A stretch of DNA of 64,000 nt, from contig NC_068983.1 in NCBI RefSeq assembly GCF_001194135.2, positions 123,954,709 through 124,018,708 on the forward strand, written 5' to 3'. The stretch is from Octopus bimaculoides (taxonomy: Eukaryota). A program made the translations under genes and the position numbers. How positions within the stretch are numbered: position 1 is the first letter of the stretch; each line of letters starts with the position of its first letter. Positions 54,678-64,000 of the stretch are shown here, in pieces. Under the pieces are notes generated by a model, which did not search any database, was not told where the DNA came from, and was given only the letters and a program-made list of their open reading frames with translations.

Positions 54678-55546
54678 GTTTCAGTCACTGGATTGTGACC
54701 ATGCTGGGGCACTGTCTTGAAGGGTTTACCCAAACAAACTCATCTCAATAATTACATATCTGTAATGTTTCCTTTCTTCAACTCTCATCACATTCCATCT
54801 CTCTCTTTTTCCACCCCTACCACTCCATCTAAGGCACAATTTAATAGCACAACAAAATAGCTCTCTCTGTCTCTCATGGTTACTGCATTCCCCACTTTCT
54901 CCCTCTCTTTCCTCTACCTTCAACTAACCACTGCAGTGTAATATTTCACTAGCATGTTAATACTAGAGACAATCCTGCCTTTCCATCCTATACTTACTCC
55001 TTTCACACACTCATTCTGGTCCTTCTAATGCCATTGCTATCTATCCTGTACCCCTCTTCAGGCATCTGAGCAAATGTACAGAGACAGTGTAGGTTGGAAG
55101 GTACTTTTGGTGCTGCCTCACTGGGAACTTATTCAACCTCTCTAGTGTTACTAACACAAGAAAATGTACCCAGTACATTTCTGTGAAGTAGATGACGATT
55201 AGAAGGACAAATGACATGTCAAATGACATGTGCAAGCAGCAGTCGAATAGTAAGTTCAAATAAGAAATAACTCGGAATGTGACAGCCTACTCAACCCATG
55301 CCAGCATGAAGAAGGGGGAAAAGGAGAAGAAAAGGAAGGCAAGAAGAAATGGGAAAAGGGAGGAAAGAAGAAAAGGAAGAGAGAGTGAAGGTCATGTGAT
55401 AGTGGTGGCGTTCATCATCAAATATAATATATATATCTTATAAACATTTAAATTACCTGTCGTCTGAGAACCTTCTTGATTTCCTTCTGAACTCAACACA
55501 CCCTTAAATATATCTTCTACTGTTTTACTGTCAATGTGGGCAAGAC
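2039..55546 (-). CDS. KMT2C: Histone-lysine N-methyltransferase 2C/2D (MLL3/MLL4) orthologue, internal 16 exons; gene continues beyond both ends
   Basis: All exons have GT-AG ends and matching phases, giving 7145 nt of open frame. Peptides match recalled human KMT2C motifs: KTVEDIFKGVLS (KDVEDLFTAVLS), ILKWETDEALGQNATISPVLYANVNYPEL (TLKWEKEEALGEMATVAPVLYTNINFPNL), WTERVKQINKIWKK (WTTRVKQIAKLWRK), NDLLNEDGTFDILQYADPEL (DDLLRSGEFDIIAYTDPEL), EQPLLIQDLLEEEKKEQ (EQPLLLQDLLDQERQEQ), KRVRKAINARARQ (RKSKKALSAKQR). C versus D cannot be resolved here. Confidence 0.93.
2928..3193 (-). CDS. KMT2C: KMT2C/D exon o (266 nt, phase 2-1), SP/TP-rich
   Basis: ORF 2890..3210; acceptor acttttgtag, donor ag|gtactt. 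Confidence 0.9.
4035..4090. repeat. Compound (TA)n(CA)n microsatellite
   Basis: Direct reading; similar (TA)n/(CA)n tracts at about 264-301, 8100-8186, 11717-11768, 20466-20505, 42649-42712, 54640-54672, 58807-58865. Confidence 0.95.
4137..4179 (-). CDS. KMT2C: KMT2C/D exon n (43 nt, phase 1-2): YTGGMRPRLELSP
   Basis: Acceptor caatttcag, donor ag|gtttgt; needed to reconcile the phases of exons m and o. Confidence 0.85.
4372..4597. mobile_element. piggyBac-type MITE, copy 1
   Basis: TTAA-ccctt..gcatt ... aatgct..ggg-TTAA; ~225 bp, non-coding. Confidence 0.75.
4680..4764 (-). CDS. KMT2C: KMT2C/D exon m (85 nt, phase 0-1): EKKEQKRQAEQALLGPRKQEEIFGALRQ
   Basis: Continues the QDLLEE-EKKEQ helix; acceptor ccttaaactag, donor ag|gtactt. 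Confidence 0.9.
4878..6691 (-). CDS. KMT2C: KMT2C/D exon l (1814 nt, phase 1-0), S/P/Q-rich, flanked by FDILQYADPEL and PLLIQDLLE motifs
   Basis: ORF 4863..6713; acceptor catctttcag, donor gag|gtatgt. Confidence 0.95.
7076..7475 (+). mobile_element. tRNA-derived SINE family A with RTE-like tail
   Basis: Head ggctgtgtggtt...caatccc...ctatagcc; (TG)n; tail aggaaggtcatccagctgtaaaa. Confidence 0.65.
7490..7707. mobile_element. piggyBac-type MITE, copy 2
   Basis: ttaaccctttagcatt ... aatgctaaagggataa; interior aligns with copy 1. Confidence 0.75.
8573..9155 (-). CDS. KMT2C: KMT2C/D exon k (583 nt, phase 0-1)
   Basis: ORF 8565..9152; ends DEINDLL; acceptor acttttcag, donor a|gtaagt. Confidence 0.92.
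9327..9484 (-). CDS. KMT2C: KMT2C/D exon j (158 nt, phase 1-0)
   Basis: Open P/G-rich frame TENFGPGPHRN...NKMKT; acceptor tttttcacag, donor aca|gtaagt. Confidence 0.88.
9915..10866 (+). mobile_element. Mariner (D,D34D-type) transposase remnant, 5'-truncated, with 3' TIR
   Basis: HTH WAAEFRR..SLEDDP.SGQP, KVSAQW(V)P, EPETKRQSM, degenerate YSPDLAP.DYHL; ends tcagcctataaacttttcag. Confidence 0.85.
11025..11196 (-). CDS. KMT2C: KMT2C/D exon i (172 nt, phase 0-1) containing an LxxLL motif (LRVLL)
   Basis: Encodes PNIVSPEGDLSRSDAQRQLRVLLAQQSKQRQQKK (cf. RQKLREIILQQQQQKK); acceptor gttttttag, donor ag|gtatgg. Confidence 0.9.
13883..14265 (-). mobile_element. Tc1/mariner-superfamily 3' fragment with terminal TIR
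   Basis: tacaggaggtcccaaaagtcac terminus; reverse strand gives WPSCSPDL...LKERVYVNKPETLVQLKENI. Confidence 0.75.
14290..14708 (+). mobile_element. Second copy of the same Tc1/mariner-type element, inverted relative to 13883-14265
   Basis: QQDG.TAHT...W.SCSPDL...LKERVYVNKLETLVQLKENINREI...GCHLSDVIF. Confidence 0.78.
14709..15062. mobile_element. Foldback element: two divergent tRNA-like heads, each followed by (TAA)n and a shared tail; the right tail runs into a gap
   Basis: Perfect palindrome ccatatgcccatgggcatatgg 14912-14933; arms ~84% identical over 77 nt; A-box tggcgtagtgg and B-box-like gagttcgatt. Confidence 0.8.
14729..14771 (-). ncRNA. Degenerate minimal type I hammerhead-ribozyme fold
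   Basis: Minus strand reads gacac-CTGATGA-a-ggctg-gagggtacat-cagac-AAAAC-gtgtt; GAAA is mutated to AAAA and the NUH triplet is missing. Confidence 0.55.
15063..15398. other. Assembly gap (N run)
   Basis: Other gaps: 8142-8151, 24659-24748, 45500-45796, 56844-57384; most border microsatellites. Confidence 1.
15690..16070 (+). mobile_element. 3' fragment of a second, divergent RTE-type LINE family
   Basis: IVPTILYGAEMW, FEIRCLR and WLGHMERMDEEWMVRRMMKAKVVGSRTRGRPQFVWMDRV are typical of RTE ORF2 C-termini. Confidence 0.75.
16255..16474 (+). mobile_element. Helentron/HINE-like non-autonomous element 3' end
   Basis: Terminal hairpin tacctccgcctt-tgtt-aaggcagaggta (16446-16473, 11/12 pairs) preceded by (acaa)n. 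Confidence 0.45.
22071..22148 (-). CDS. KMT2C: Candidate KMT2C/D exon h (78 nt, phase 0-0): LHHLYANRRRRHPEHGFWPIFKFPSG
   Basis: Branch-point-like ctaac at 22196-22200, pyrimidine tract and tctctag acceptor, consensus ggg|gtaagt donor, open frame; no homology support. Confidence 0.65.
26470..27000 (+). mobile_element. Three consecutive degenerate copies of tRNA-derived SINE family B
   Basis: Repeated ggcagtgagctggcagaa head and ttcatccttt.ggggtcgataaattaagtaccag body, separated by (TCA)n/(TTA)n. Confidence 0.7.
29340..29870 (+). mobile_element. pogo/Tigger (CENP-B-like) transposase N-terminal remnant
   Basis: KRKHVTVTL, ELAAVLLKWFN, FRNFK..YNIH...SEKKLANIDIAEKY across frameshifts. Confidence 0.55.
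29921..30480 (+). mobile_element. 560-bp internally deleted mariner derivative with both TIRs
   Basis: gaaaagttcataggct (29935-29950) is inverted at 30451-30466; TA at both ends; interior matches both ends of the 9915-10866 copy. Confidence 0.8.
31834..31869. repeat. Poly(T) tract
   Basis: Direct reading; a poly(A) tract is at about 44188-44214. Confidence 0.95.
31870..32125 (+). mobile_element. Short, young 5'-truncated RTE 3' end
   Basis: Matches 50900-51127 and 58655-58807; CpGs retained; (GAC)n tail. Confidence 0.85.
33200..34430 (+). mobile_element. Highly degenerate RTE RT-region remnant
   Basis: tatgctgatgggcta (YADGL) near 33730 and patchy similarity to 49200-50400; ends approximate. 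Confidence 0.55.
39507..42208 (-). CDS. KMT2C: KMT2C/D exon g (2702 nt, phase 1-0), very large Q-rich low-complexity domain
   Basis: ORF 39459..42104 (881 aa); acceptor catcttctag, donor cag|gtagga; length 2+900 codons. Confidence 0.92.
42910..43250 (+). mobile_element. RTE linker-region fragment
   Basis: ENQDVAREKC..DNGALAL and IDKPIKDVKTKKASDPSGITTEMFK parallel ORF 48693..49163. Confidence 0.7.
43668..43989 (-). CDS. KMT2C: KMT2C/D exon f (322 nt, phase 0-1), polyAla/polyPro and SP-rich
   Basis: ORF 43591..43971; acceptor attaccag, donor a|gtaagt. Confidence 0.88.
45074..45124 (-). CDS. KMT2C: KMT2C/D exon e (51 nt, phase 0-0), end of HMG-like box
   Basis: Encodes LRARKNRASSKIQREHR (cf. 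QKARDNRAALRINK); acceptor tctttttag, donor aga|gtaagc. Confidence 0.9.
46890..46963 (-). CDS. KMT2C: KMT2C/D exon d (74 nt, phase 1-0), HMG-like box
   Basis: Encodes WTERVKQINKIWKKLTPVEKSPYL; acceptor ttttttaaag, donor ttg|gtaaat. Confidence 0.95.
47781..51127 (+). mobile_element. RTE-clade LINE, near full length, inactivated (stops, frameshifts, endonuclease core deleted)
   Basis: APE N-terminus LRVGTVNVGTL...CCIQEVRW; linker KAPGPSGI; RT motifs NYRGIKLL, GRSTTDA, FVDLEKA, PQGS, YADDL (49567-49584); C4HC3 finger; C-terminal WYGHVLRM...RGRPRKTW; repeat-bearing 3' UTR ending in (GAT)n. Confidence 0.93.
51283..51497 (-). CDS. KMT2C: KMT2C/D exon c (215 nt, phase 2-1), start of HMG-like box region
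   Basis: Encodes SSRRNILKWETDEALGQNATISPVLYANVNYPELKSQIP; donor ag|gtgagt. Confidence 0.95.
52664..52988 (-). CDS. KMT2C: KMT2C/D exon b (325 nt, phase 1-2), poly-proline rich
   Basis: Acceptor cttcaacag, donor ag|gtttgt; ORF 52570..52881; phases fit both neighbours. Confidence 0.85.
53525..53740 (-). mobile_element. SINE tail variant (gtttcagtcatttgactgcggccatgctggagc family)
   Basis: Related segments at 54090-54195 (+) and 54678-54725; adjoins (CA)n. Confidence 0.6.
54256..54630 (+). mobile_element. tRNA-derived SINE family A with RTE-like tail
   Basis: Same head; ends gcatggaaaagtggatgttaaa. Related heads at ~11290, 34800, 42715, 53920 (+) and ~35270, 43480, 46385 (-). Confidence 0.7.
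55457..55546 (-). CDS. KMT2C: KMT2C/D exon a (90 nt, phase 1-1): LAHIDSKTVEDIFKGVLSSEGNQEGSQTT
   Basis: Acceptor ttcttatag, donor ag|gtaatt; matches KDVEDLFTAVLS motif. Confidence 0.85.
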
Positions 55547-57384
55547 CTATAAGAATATTTAAACGCATTTTCTCAAAATTCAATTTTCAATATGTGGCTA
55601 TAAACTATGTTTTCAGTTTTATCAAAGCAAAACAAAATATCCTATCTGATATCAACATCATAAGATAATTATTTAAAAAACTTGGATATCTGTGGTAGCA
55701 ATGAATTTGGTAGCTGAGAGAAATTACAAATATCAAGCAACATTTCTGTTAATTATGATATATTCAAGACTTTGTCATTCTGGAATGAGGAGATATTTTA
55801 CATTTCATGTGTGTTTCATTCAATCATTGTCATCATAACACTTGTTACTAGAATCTAGAATAATCATGAAGTTTGAGTGGTTTTGCAAAACAATCACAAT
55901 CAATATTTATTGAAATTAGTGTTTGAAATACAATGAAATTCATATTGCACAACTACACAATCACAAGTAAATCAGGTAAATAACAGTCAAACAGCATAAG
56001 TGAAGTTAAATAAATTTTTTAAAATATCTCTATGTACAATGAGTTATTTAGCCAATATATTATATAGAGTCATGTTATATGGTTTCTTAAATGTCAATTA
56101 TATTCATGACAAAAATACACAAATTTTGTCCAGTTTGTTTGTTTGTCACTTTTACTTCATTTACGTTTGCAAACCACTGCACCCCAATGTTATTATATGA
56201 AATACTATGAATTAGAATAAATAAAAGTAAATGGTTGATGGTTTTTCAATCATGACTGAGTGGATCTGCTTTCTTCCAAATATTTGGCGAAAGAAATAGT
56301 TGGAACTTTTCACTCCACTGTCTTTCTAGAATTCAACACTCCTGCTATTGCTGCCTAACTTATTTAAATTTTCAGAAATCATTCAAATCCAGACTAGCTT
56401 CTGCTAAATCTGAAGCTTATATATTTGTACATAAGGGTGGAACTTTATAAAAAATTAAGAGGGTGTGTATAAAACACACTGAAAAAGGAATTTACATTTA
56501 TCTAGTGAAATCACATGTTAACCTTCATGTAATGAGATTTACATAAATATTTTGTTTAAATATTACCCAGGAATTCCTGGTGATCTGAAGCACTTATTAC
56601 CTTACATGCACATGTAATCTTATTAATGACAGAATTAAACTTATGAACAGAATAAAAACAGGGAATGTGATTTTCAATGCAAACATGAAAACTAAATGAT
56701 ATAATCAAAATTAACTAACAAAAAAACTTTATTTCAAGATGGCATATTTCTAAAAATGCAACACCTTTTCATTTTTCTTTTTATAGGGTAGAGATTATAG
56801 CAGGATGATGGAGGAGGCAGGGAGGGGCAGAAGTATTCTTAATNNNNNNNNNNNNNNNNNNNNNNNNNNNNNNNNNNNNNNNNNNNNNNNNNNNNNNNNN
56901 NNNNNNNNNNNNNNNNNNNNNNNNNNNNNNNNNNNNNNNNNNNNNNNNNNNNNNNNNNNNNNNNNNNNNNNNNNNNNNNNNNNNNNNNNNNNNNNNNNNN
57001 NNNNNNNNNNNNNNNNNNNNNNNNNNNNNNNNNNNNNNNNNNNNNNNNNNNNNNNNNNNNNNNNNNNNNNNNNNNNNNNNNNNNNNNNNNNNNNNNNNNN
57101 NNNNNNNNNNNNNNNNNNNNNNNNNNNNNNNNNNNNNNNNNNNNNNNNNNNNNNNNNNNNNNNNNNNNNNNNNNNNNNNNNNNNNNNNNNNNNNNNNNNN
57201 NNNNNNNNNNNNNNNNNNNNNNNNNNNNNNNNNNNNNNNNNNNNNNNNNNNNNNNNNNNNNNNNNNNNNNNNNNNNNNNNNNNNNNNNNNNNNNNNNNNN
57301 NNNNNNNNNNNNNNNNNNNNNNNNNNNNNNNNNNNNNNNNNNNNNNNNNNNNNNNNNNNNNNNNNNNNNNNNNNNNNNNNNNNN

Positions 57385-57418
<34 letters not shown>

Positions 57419-58654
57419 AATACTGATACTACTCTGTTTGAGACTGACTGATTGCATAACAAATCATCCTTTATAAAGAGCTCATATTAAAATTAAAACT
57501 TGTTGCAAATAAGTTTATATATGAACCTATTAAATTATTTTCAAACCACCATCTTAGTAATGACAACTGTTTTAGTAAATCCTTCCAAATTGTTATTACC
57601 AACATTATTTGAGACATTCAGAAAATATATTTCATTAGAAAAATGATCATAGAGAATTTTTTAAATAATTAATGTAGCAAAGTGTTACATAGAAACCAAA
57701 ACAAAATGGGGGTTTTTTCCCCCTTAAATATAAAAAATCCTTTCCAGTTTAAACTTCATAAATATTCATTTATTTCTGCCACAAGCTAATTTCGTTAAAA
57801 AGCACATACATCAAGTACTAATATTGAAAGAACAATCTTTTAAAACATGTGTATTTCTTTCTCTCTCACTCTCACTCTCACACACACACACACCTCTGTG
57901 GAAGTGTGTGTGAAAATTTAAAATAGAGCCTGCAAAAAAAGTTCAGAACTGAAACAACATATTCAGTGTCTTTGCAAAAGACATAAGGACAATTGTTATG
58001 AAATGAGAATAATCAAGTAAAGCCACTTTTCTTTGTAATAATTCAATTTCAAAAGGATGAAAAGCAAAAATTGCCCAAGTTGGATTTGAATTCATTTTAC
58101 AGGAAGAGAATGACTACCTAAGGATAAAGCATTTAATCTACCACTGCTATTTTCTGTCAACCTATTTTCTACCATAATGCAGTATTCCCACATAATTCCA
58201 TGGTGTCTCTTATAATCATATTCTCCATTAAATTCTAAAACACAAATTCAAAATTAACATATATTTTGTTACAAGTCATATGTTCAATATACTTTAACAA
58301 CTTTAGGAGAACATTATCCAAATCAAAATGTAATAAAACTATGCCTATTTAAAATGATTTCCATTTTCTTGCTTTTTGCTTTAACTAAAATGTTTTCACA
58401 CAATGTTTCTCCCCTCCCAACATTTTTTCTTAACATGCAGCATAGTGACCAGCTACTCAGGAATATGAAATCAAACTGTCAATAAAAGTCAACTGCGGAA
58501 AATAATGCGACTCAATGTAGCAGTGCATGTCAAGAAACTCAGAAGTTGAATTTATCCAATAACCATCTTAACACAGAAGAACCAGATATATATGCTAGCA
58601 CAGATTATGTGTGTGTGTGTGTGTGTTAACACATTATATGTTAACACATTATAT

Positions 58655-58807
58655 GTGGTTGGCGTTAGGAAGGGCATCCAGCTGTAGAAACTCTGCCAAA
58701 TTAGATTGGAGCCTGGTGTTGCCATCCGGTTTCACCAGTCCTCAGTCAAATCGTCCAACCCATGCTAGCATGGAAAGCGGACGTTAAACGATGATGATGA
58801 TGATGAT
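58655..58807 (+). mobile_element. Short, young 5'-truncated RTE 3' end
   Basis: About 5 differences over ~135 bp versus 31978-32112; (GAT)n tail. Confidence 0.85.
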
Positions 58808-58818
58808 ATATATATAAT

Positions 58819-58860
<42 letters not shown>

Positions 58861-59959
58861 CATACATACTCTGTCATACCGGCCATGATGAAATACCACA
58901 GGGTATAGAAAATACGTATTCGCCTTTATATATTTAATCCTTTATATTGAACACTCAATATTTCATCTATTCAATAAGACATATTCCATATATTCAATAA
59001 GACATTCAATACTTTATTTCATTGTACCATCCATTTTTATTTTATATTATATATTGTATATTATATTATATATTCCATATTCTATATCCCACATTGGTTT
59101 TGCAGGAATATAAATAAAACATAAAAAACAGACAGTGTTGGAACTCTTTTAAACAAAATAATATATTCCTCTATACACAATCATACAAAACCCCCTTTTT
59201 TGTATTTATTTTTACTTGCATATATATACATACATACACAGTAGTACCTCGGTTTTCTAACACCTGTGATAAATAAATCATGCTTTATTTCCTGTCTTTT
59301 TCATATTTATTTAATACATTAGTACCTCAGTTTACGAACGTCTCTGATCACGAATAAATTGTAATACACACATACACACATACATACATAAATAAATAAA
59401 TGAATGAATGAATATGAAAATTATCCTGCCAGGAGAAACATATATATATATATATATATATATATACACGTTATATATAAATTTTCTGTGTTAAAAAGAT
59501 TAAACAGCTGTAAATGTATGGAGTAAACATCTCTCTCACTTCACTTCTCTTATCAGTTCTATTTATATATTTTATACAGACGAATAAAAATTAACCTTAT
59601 GGCGGAAACACACACACACACACACACACACACATTAAATATTATATATATATTTTATTTTTTTATTTGGTTTGCAAGGCTCCTGATGTGTTGAAACAAA
59701 TTTTGCCATGTCTTGGGTCAGTCATTACACCAATAATAACAATACATAGGTTTATTTCCACTTCTTTATTGTTAGTCAACTGGTTAAAAATCTAACAAAC
59801 TAACTAAATGATTGGGTAAATAATTGGTCAATTGACTAAGAATAAAGACATGGAACTGAGCCTGTATGTTTGCTATTATTATTGGTGTAATGACTCTCCC
59901 AAGACTTAAAATATATTTTATCTTTTAGTCATGAAGAAAAGCAAACTCCATTATAGAGC

Positions 59960-60650
59960 CTTCAAGACTGATGGGAATGCGAGAGTAGGATATGCCAACA
60001 CTGGAAACCTATTCTAAATGTTTTGAACATTGTTGACAAACCAAATAACACATTATGTCCAATGGCAGAAGAAGTCACAGAACAATTTGAAACCTGAACT
60101 TGTAAAGAGCCAAAAATATTTTTAAATATTAAAAAAAAAAAAATACTGCACCCTAGTAGTGTATCTAGAACTCTCCTCTTCACTACGCTACACCCTTCAT
60201 TTTTCTAAGATGGTAGGGTGTAATGTCAGATACATGAGGGATATTAAGCATGGTCGTCTGCACTTTAGTGCAAGTTAAAGACAGTTTAGACAAGAACTTT
60301 GAAGTTAAAGCTATAGCCAACTCCTCCAATGCTAGCACCAGAAACCGTTCCACAAAAATAAAAGTCCATTGAGACACTGATTGCATAGATTGACATCTCC
60401 TTTCCTGTATTTGTCTCCTCACCCACAACAATGATACCTGTTCACTCTCTTCCAATTTGCTCTGTGACTTGCAACATCCCATTTTCAGTGATAAACTGTA
60501 CTTGATCAGAATACCACAGCCCCGCTTCCCATACAAATATTTTTTTGACATGTAGCCTTGGACATCTTCCCTCCACAGTCCTGTGCTTCATAACATTAAA
60601 AATCAATCACTCTGGAATACTGCTGCCTTCCTTGCATTGAAGGACTTACC
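59960..60650 (-). pseudogene. Possible highly degenerate LINE APE-endonuclease remnant
   Basis: GY...GKRGCGILIKYSL, E...LLWVR and a possible SDH-like end (SAIGHNVL); weak. Confidence 0.35.
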
Positions 60651-61938
60651 TACACACACAACTTTGCACTCGCATGCACATGTTGATTTAAAGAAGGAAA
60701 GCTCCCAACAAGCAATGATCTGCTAGTTGCACTATGTAACTTGGTTTCAATCACAAGGTGAAGCCATTTTAATTCCTGTACTTGCAGGTGTACAGACAGT
60801 AGGCAGTTGCGAAAATAGTGGAGGGCAAGGAAGACAGAGAGAAGGTGAGTGAGAATAGTATATATACCCTGCGTGTTCCATATTTATGAATAAGTATACT
60901 GCACCCCTTTAAGTCCTCACAAAAGAGGACTTAAAGAGTTGTTGCCAAGGAAACATCCAGCCATGACAACCCATGCCCATACAAAAGAGATGTGTAAAAA
61001 TGTTGATGGCAGGGGAAGTGGTGTAGGCAGCAATAAAAGTGACAACAACAATGATGAAGATGTCAAGTTTGTCCAAAAATCTGGATCCAAAGGAAATTTC
61101 AAAATAGATATAGTCTGGTCCAAGAATTATGATTTCAGCAGAGATATCTAGTGTAAGGCAAATAGATTCATAGTTTTTGATAATGAAGTAACAGGATGAA
61201 CATACATCCACATACTACAATCCTTTCTTCATTCTTAAATTAGATGACATTGCTATGTAAGAACAGCATAAAATGTTTCATATAACCAACAGAGTTAAAA
61301 TGCATATCTGTCAGAGGCTAGTAGTTTGTATATTTGCTACAATTTCTGGCATTTAAATAAATTAAGTACCCTTTCTTTAGTCCCAGGTTATTGAATGCGT
61401 GTGTGTGTGCGCACATGATTTAGATGAGTTTCAACCCATACTGACCAACAATCATGCCTTAACTTAATGGACAGGGAATACCTGTTAATCTAATATGAAG
61501 CAGTGACACCAACACTGCAATCTGTTTAAATATAGGCAGTGTCCCAACCAATTTATGGGGATCTTTAGTTTAGAGTAATGTAGCAACATGACTTGGATCA
61601 AGAAGCTGTTGTTATTGAACAGCTTTCATTTTGTCAGTCTGGTCAACTAAACATTATTAATTCAGTATTGATATTTAGAAATAACAGCAACATCAATAAG
61701 TGTTTATAATATTCCAAGAATTTACTAAGTTAGGGTGGTATAAGTTAAGTACATGTAACCATACTTAAACATTTAAATATTGTTAAATATTTCAAACAAT
61801 ACTTTGTAAGTATTCTTTATACTGGAAATAAATAGTTACTTAATGATTGTTTTGCTGAGATACTGACAATTGATCTATAAAAATGAAAGCAGTAAGCTTC
61901 AAAACTTGGAGAGGTTTTCAGAGTTGGTGCTTATAACA

Positions 61939-62163
61939 TTAACTCTTTAGCACTTAAACCAGCCACATCCAACCCAAATATTCATGCTTTACATGAAAAC
62001 TGGCCATATTTAGCCCCTCACACCTAACCTACACTGACATTCTAAAAATAAACAAAAACACCATCAAAATCTCAAAGCCATAAAATAATGCATGATTAAT
62101 TCAAAACAATTTGAATAAAAAAGCATTATAATAAACAGAGTAATCTGAATGCTAAAGGGTTAA
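61939..62163. mobile_element. piggyBac-type MITE, copy 3
   Basis: ttaactctttagca ... aatgctaaagggttaa; interior aligns with copies 1 and 2. Confidence 0.75.
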
Positions 62164-64000
62164 GAGGATAAGTGATAAAACTTCCTGATAACAATCTATT
62201 AACCATGTTTTTTTCTTGGTTTTGTGGAGGTGAGGGGAGCTGACAGATGAACTGAGAAGCATAGAAATACATTTATGGAATACCATATCCACTTAACCAT
62301 TATGCTTCCACAAAGTTTTTACTAAGTCTCAGGTAATAATAAAACTGAAAAAAAGTAATAAATCCAACAAGTCAAAAATTATATCATTTTTTTTAGTAAG
62401 TTTATAGTATATTTCCCATTCAGTTAAAAAATAGATGAGTGTTTTGCCTTTTTTTGAATTTAGGTAATTCACCTGTTAACAAAATCACCTATAGCTTTTA
62501 ATGATATTGATTAGTTAAAAAGTCCCTCCTCGAGTTATAATTCATTCTCATCCTTCATCAACATATCTTAACAGCTAACACCAGTGGAAAAGTTGTAAAA
62601 TATAAATAAAACAATAACATACAGATAAAGTAAAATTATAAAAAGCAAAGCAACAATAGGTATCAGACTAAAATTAAAATTAGAACTATGTTAAAGAGGT
62701 GGAGGGATCAATTTTTAATAATATATTTTATAAAATAAAGCATACATTGCAGCTATGTGTAACCTAGTAAAAAGAATATATAATCAATGTTTCAGTTAAA
62801 TATTTTGCAAGGCTTCCTCTTCCAAGAAGTTTTCTTTGAATTCCCTAGATTTTTAATTGTCCAATTTTGTGGACAATGATTAAATCTTTAAAAACTTTTC
62901 TATCACCACCACCCACCTTACCCAATGACTTCCTTCAAGAATTAATCAGTGCATAGTAGTGACTTTGGTGAAAAAAACTAATTAATGGTAACTTGAAATG
63001 TTATGCTTTTCTGCAGAATGCATTTTACCCAAGAATAATGGGAAAAAAATTTAAGTAGATAAATTATCAACTCTATGAACAGATTCTAAGATTTCAAGGA
63101 CTGATTTAGCAGCTTAAACAGCAGAAAACAGTTATATTCAAAATGATAAACATTTAATTCATACTAATATATTATTCCTTAAACTGCTATAGTTAAGTTC
63201 AAACTAATAGCATTTGGTCAATAATGAGCAATTATATCACAGTATAACATTTTCTAATGTTTTAAATGCTGTTTGTCCATGCTAAGTAAATTAATAAAAA
63301 TATTTTAATGAGCATTAATTCCTGAATGTTATTATTTTGACAAAAGGAGTGGAAAACTAATTCATTCCACTTGAAATATGGTCAAACAATTTTAATAGAA
63401 TTCAATATGCATATTTCTATATAAAAATGATATACTGTTATGAAGACGGTGTTACATATGGGCATGCATGTGTATATGTGTGCGGAAATGTGTAGATATA
63501 TAAATATATATATTCACATATACATGAGACAATGTACAATTTTTTTTTTAATTTTTAAATAATAAATTTAGAAAAGAGCTTAATGTGCCACGACAAAAAC
63601 ATGTATTAATGAAAGCTTTCATTTCAGTGACTAATAGCAGTGACTTAGTTCATTTGAACTTCACAGCATTCTTATGTCTACATTTAATATAAGGAGAAAG
63701 GAGAGTGCTCATGCATTTCCAGACCCTCCTGGATAGTGAAGAAAAGAGAAAACTTGTGTGAATGAATGAGAAAGACATTGTGATTATATCAACAGTTCTC
63801 ACATCACACTAATGCAATATTGCTATTATAAAAGATTTCATTAAATTTCACATCATTTACCAACAAACTTGAAAAATCATGGGTTTTTTTTTAAATTTAT
63901 GTTTACTATTCATATTTATTTATATCTATTTCTTTAAACTAAAACAATTTTATTTGATAATTAACTATTTGTATCTTTTATGAGTATCACCAGATCATAA

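Noticed and set aside
59240-59360. Two cagtagtacctcgg-like motifs resembling Tigger/pogo TIRs
   Set aside because: Direct rather than inverted and too fragmentary to define an element.
60909-61211. 100-aa minus-strand and 70-aa plus-strand ORFs
   Set aside because: No recognisable motif or usable splice sites; probably decayed repeat.

Overview
AT-rich, repeat-dense animal genomic DNA with five assembly gaps. It is not prokaryotic. The repeat families resemble those I recall from octopus/coleoid genomes (inference, not verified). The dominant feature is the middle of one large minus-strand gene, a KMT2C/KMT2D (MLL3/MLL4, trr/Lpt-type) H3K4 methyltransferase orthologue. I reconstructed 16 GT-AG exons between 55546 and 2039 whose splice phases chain into one open frame of 7145 nt (about 2381 codons). 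They contain the HMG-like box, the FDIxxYxDPEL motif, the PLLxQDLL motif and the basic coiled coil; the PHD clusters and the FYR/SET domains lie outside the window. The introns hold a nearly full-length but broken RTE LINE with a PHD finger in ORF2, further RTE fragments, Tc1/mariner and pogo remnants, piggyBac-type MITEs, tRNA-derived SINEs and many microsatellites. The most unusual items are a foldback element of two back-to-back tRNA-Ser-like heads, each followed by (TAA)n, with a degenerate hammerhead-ribozyme fold in the visible tail; an adjacent ~325-bp-arm inverted repeat; a lone in-frame 78-nt exon inside a 28-kb intron; and a 900-codon Q-rich exon at a different position from the polyQ domain of vertebrate KMT2D.
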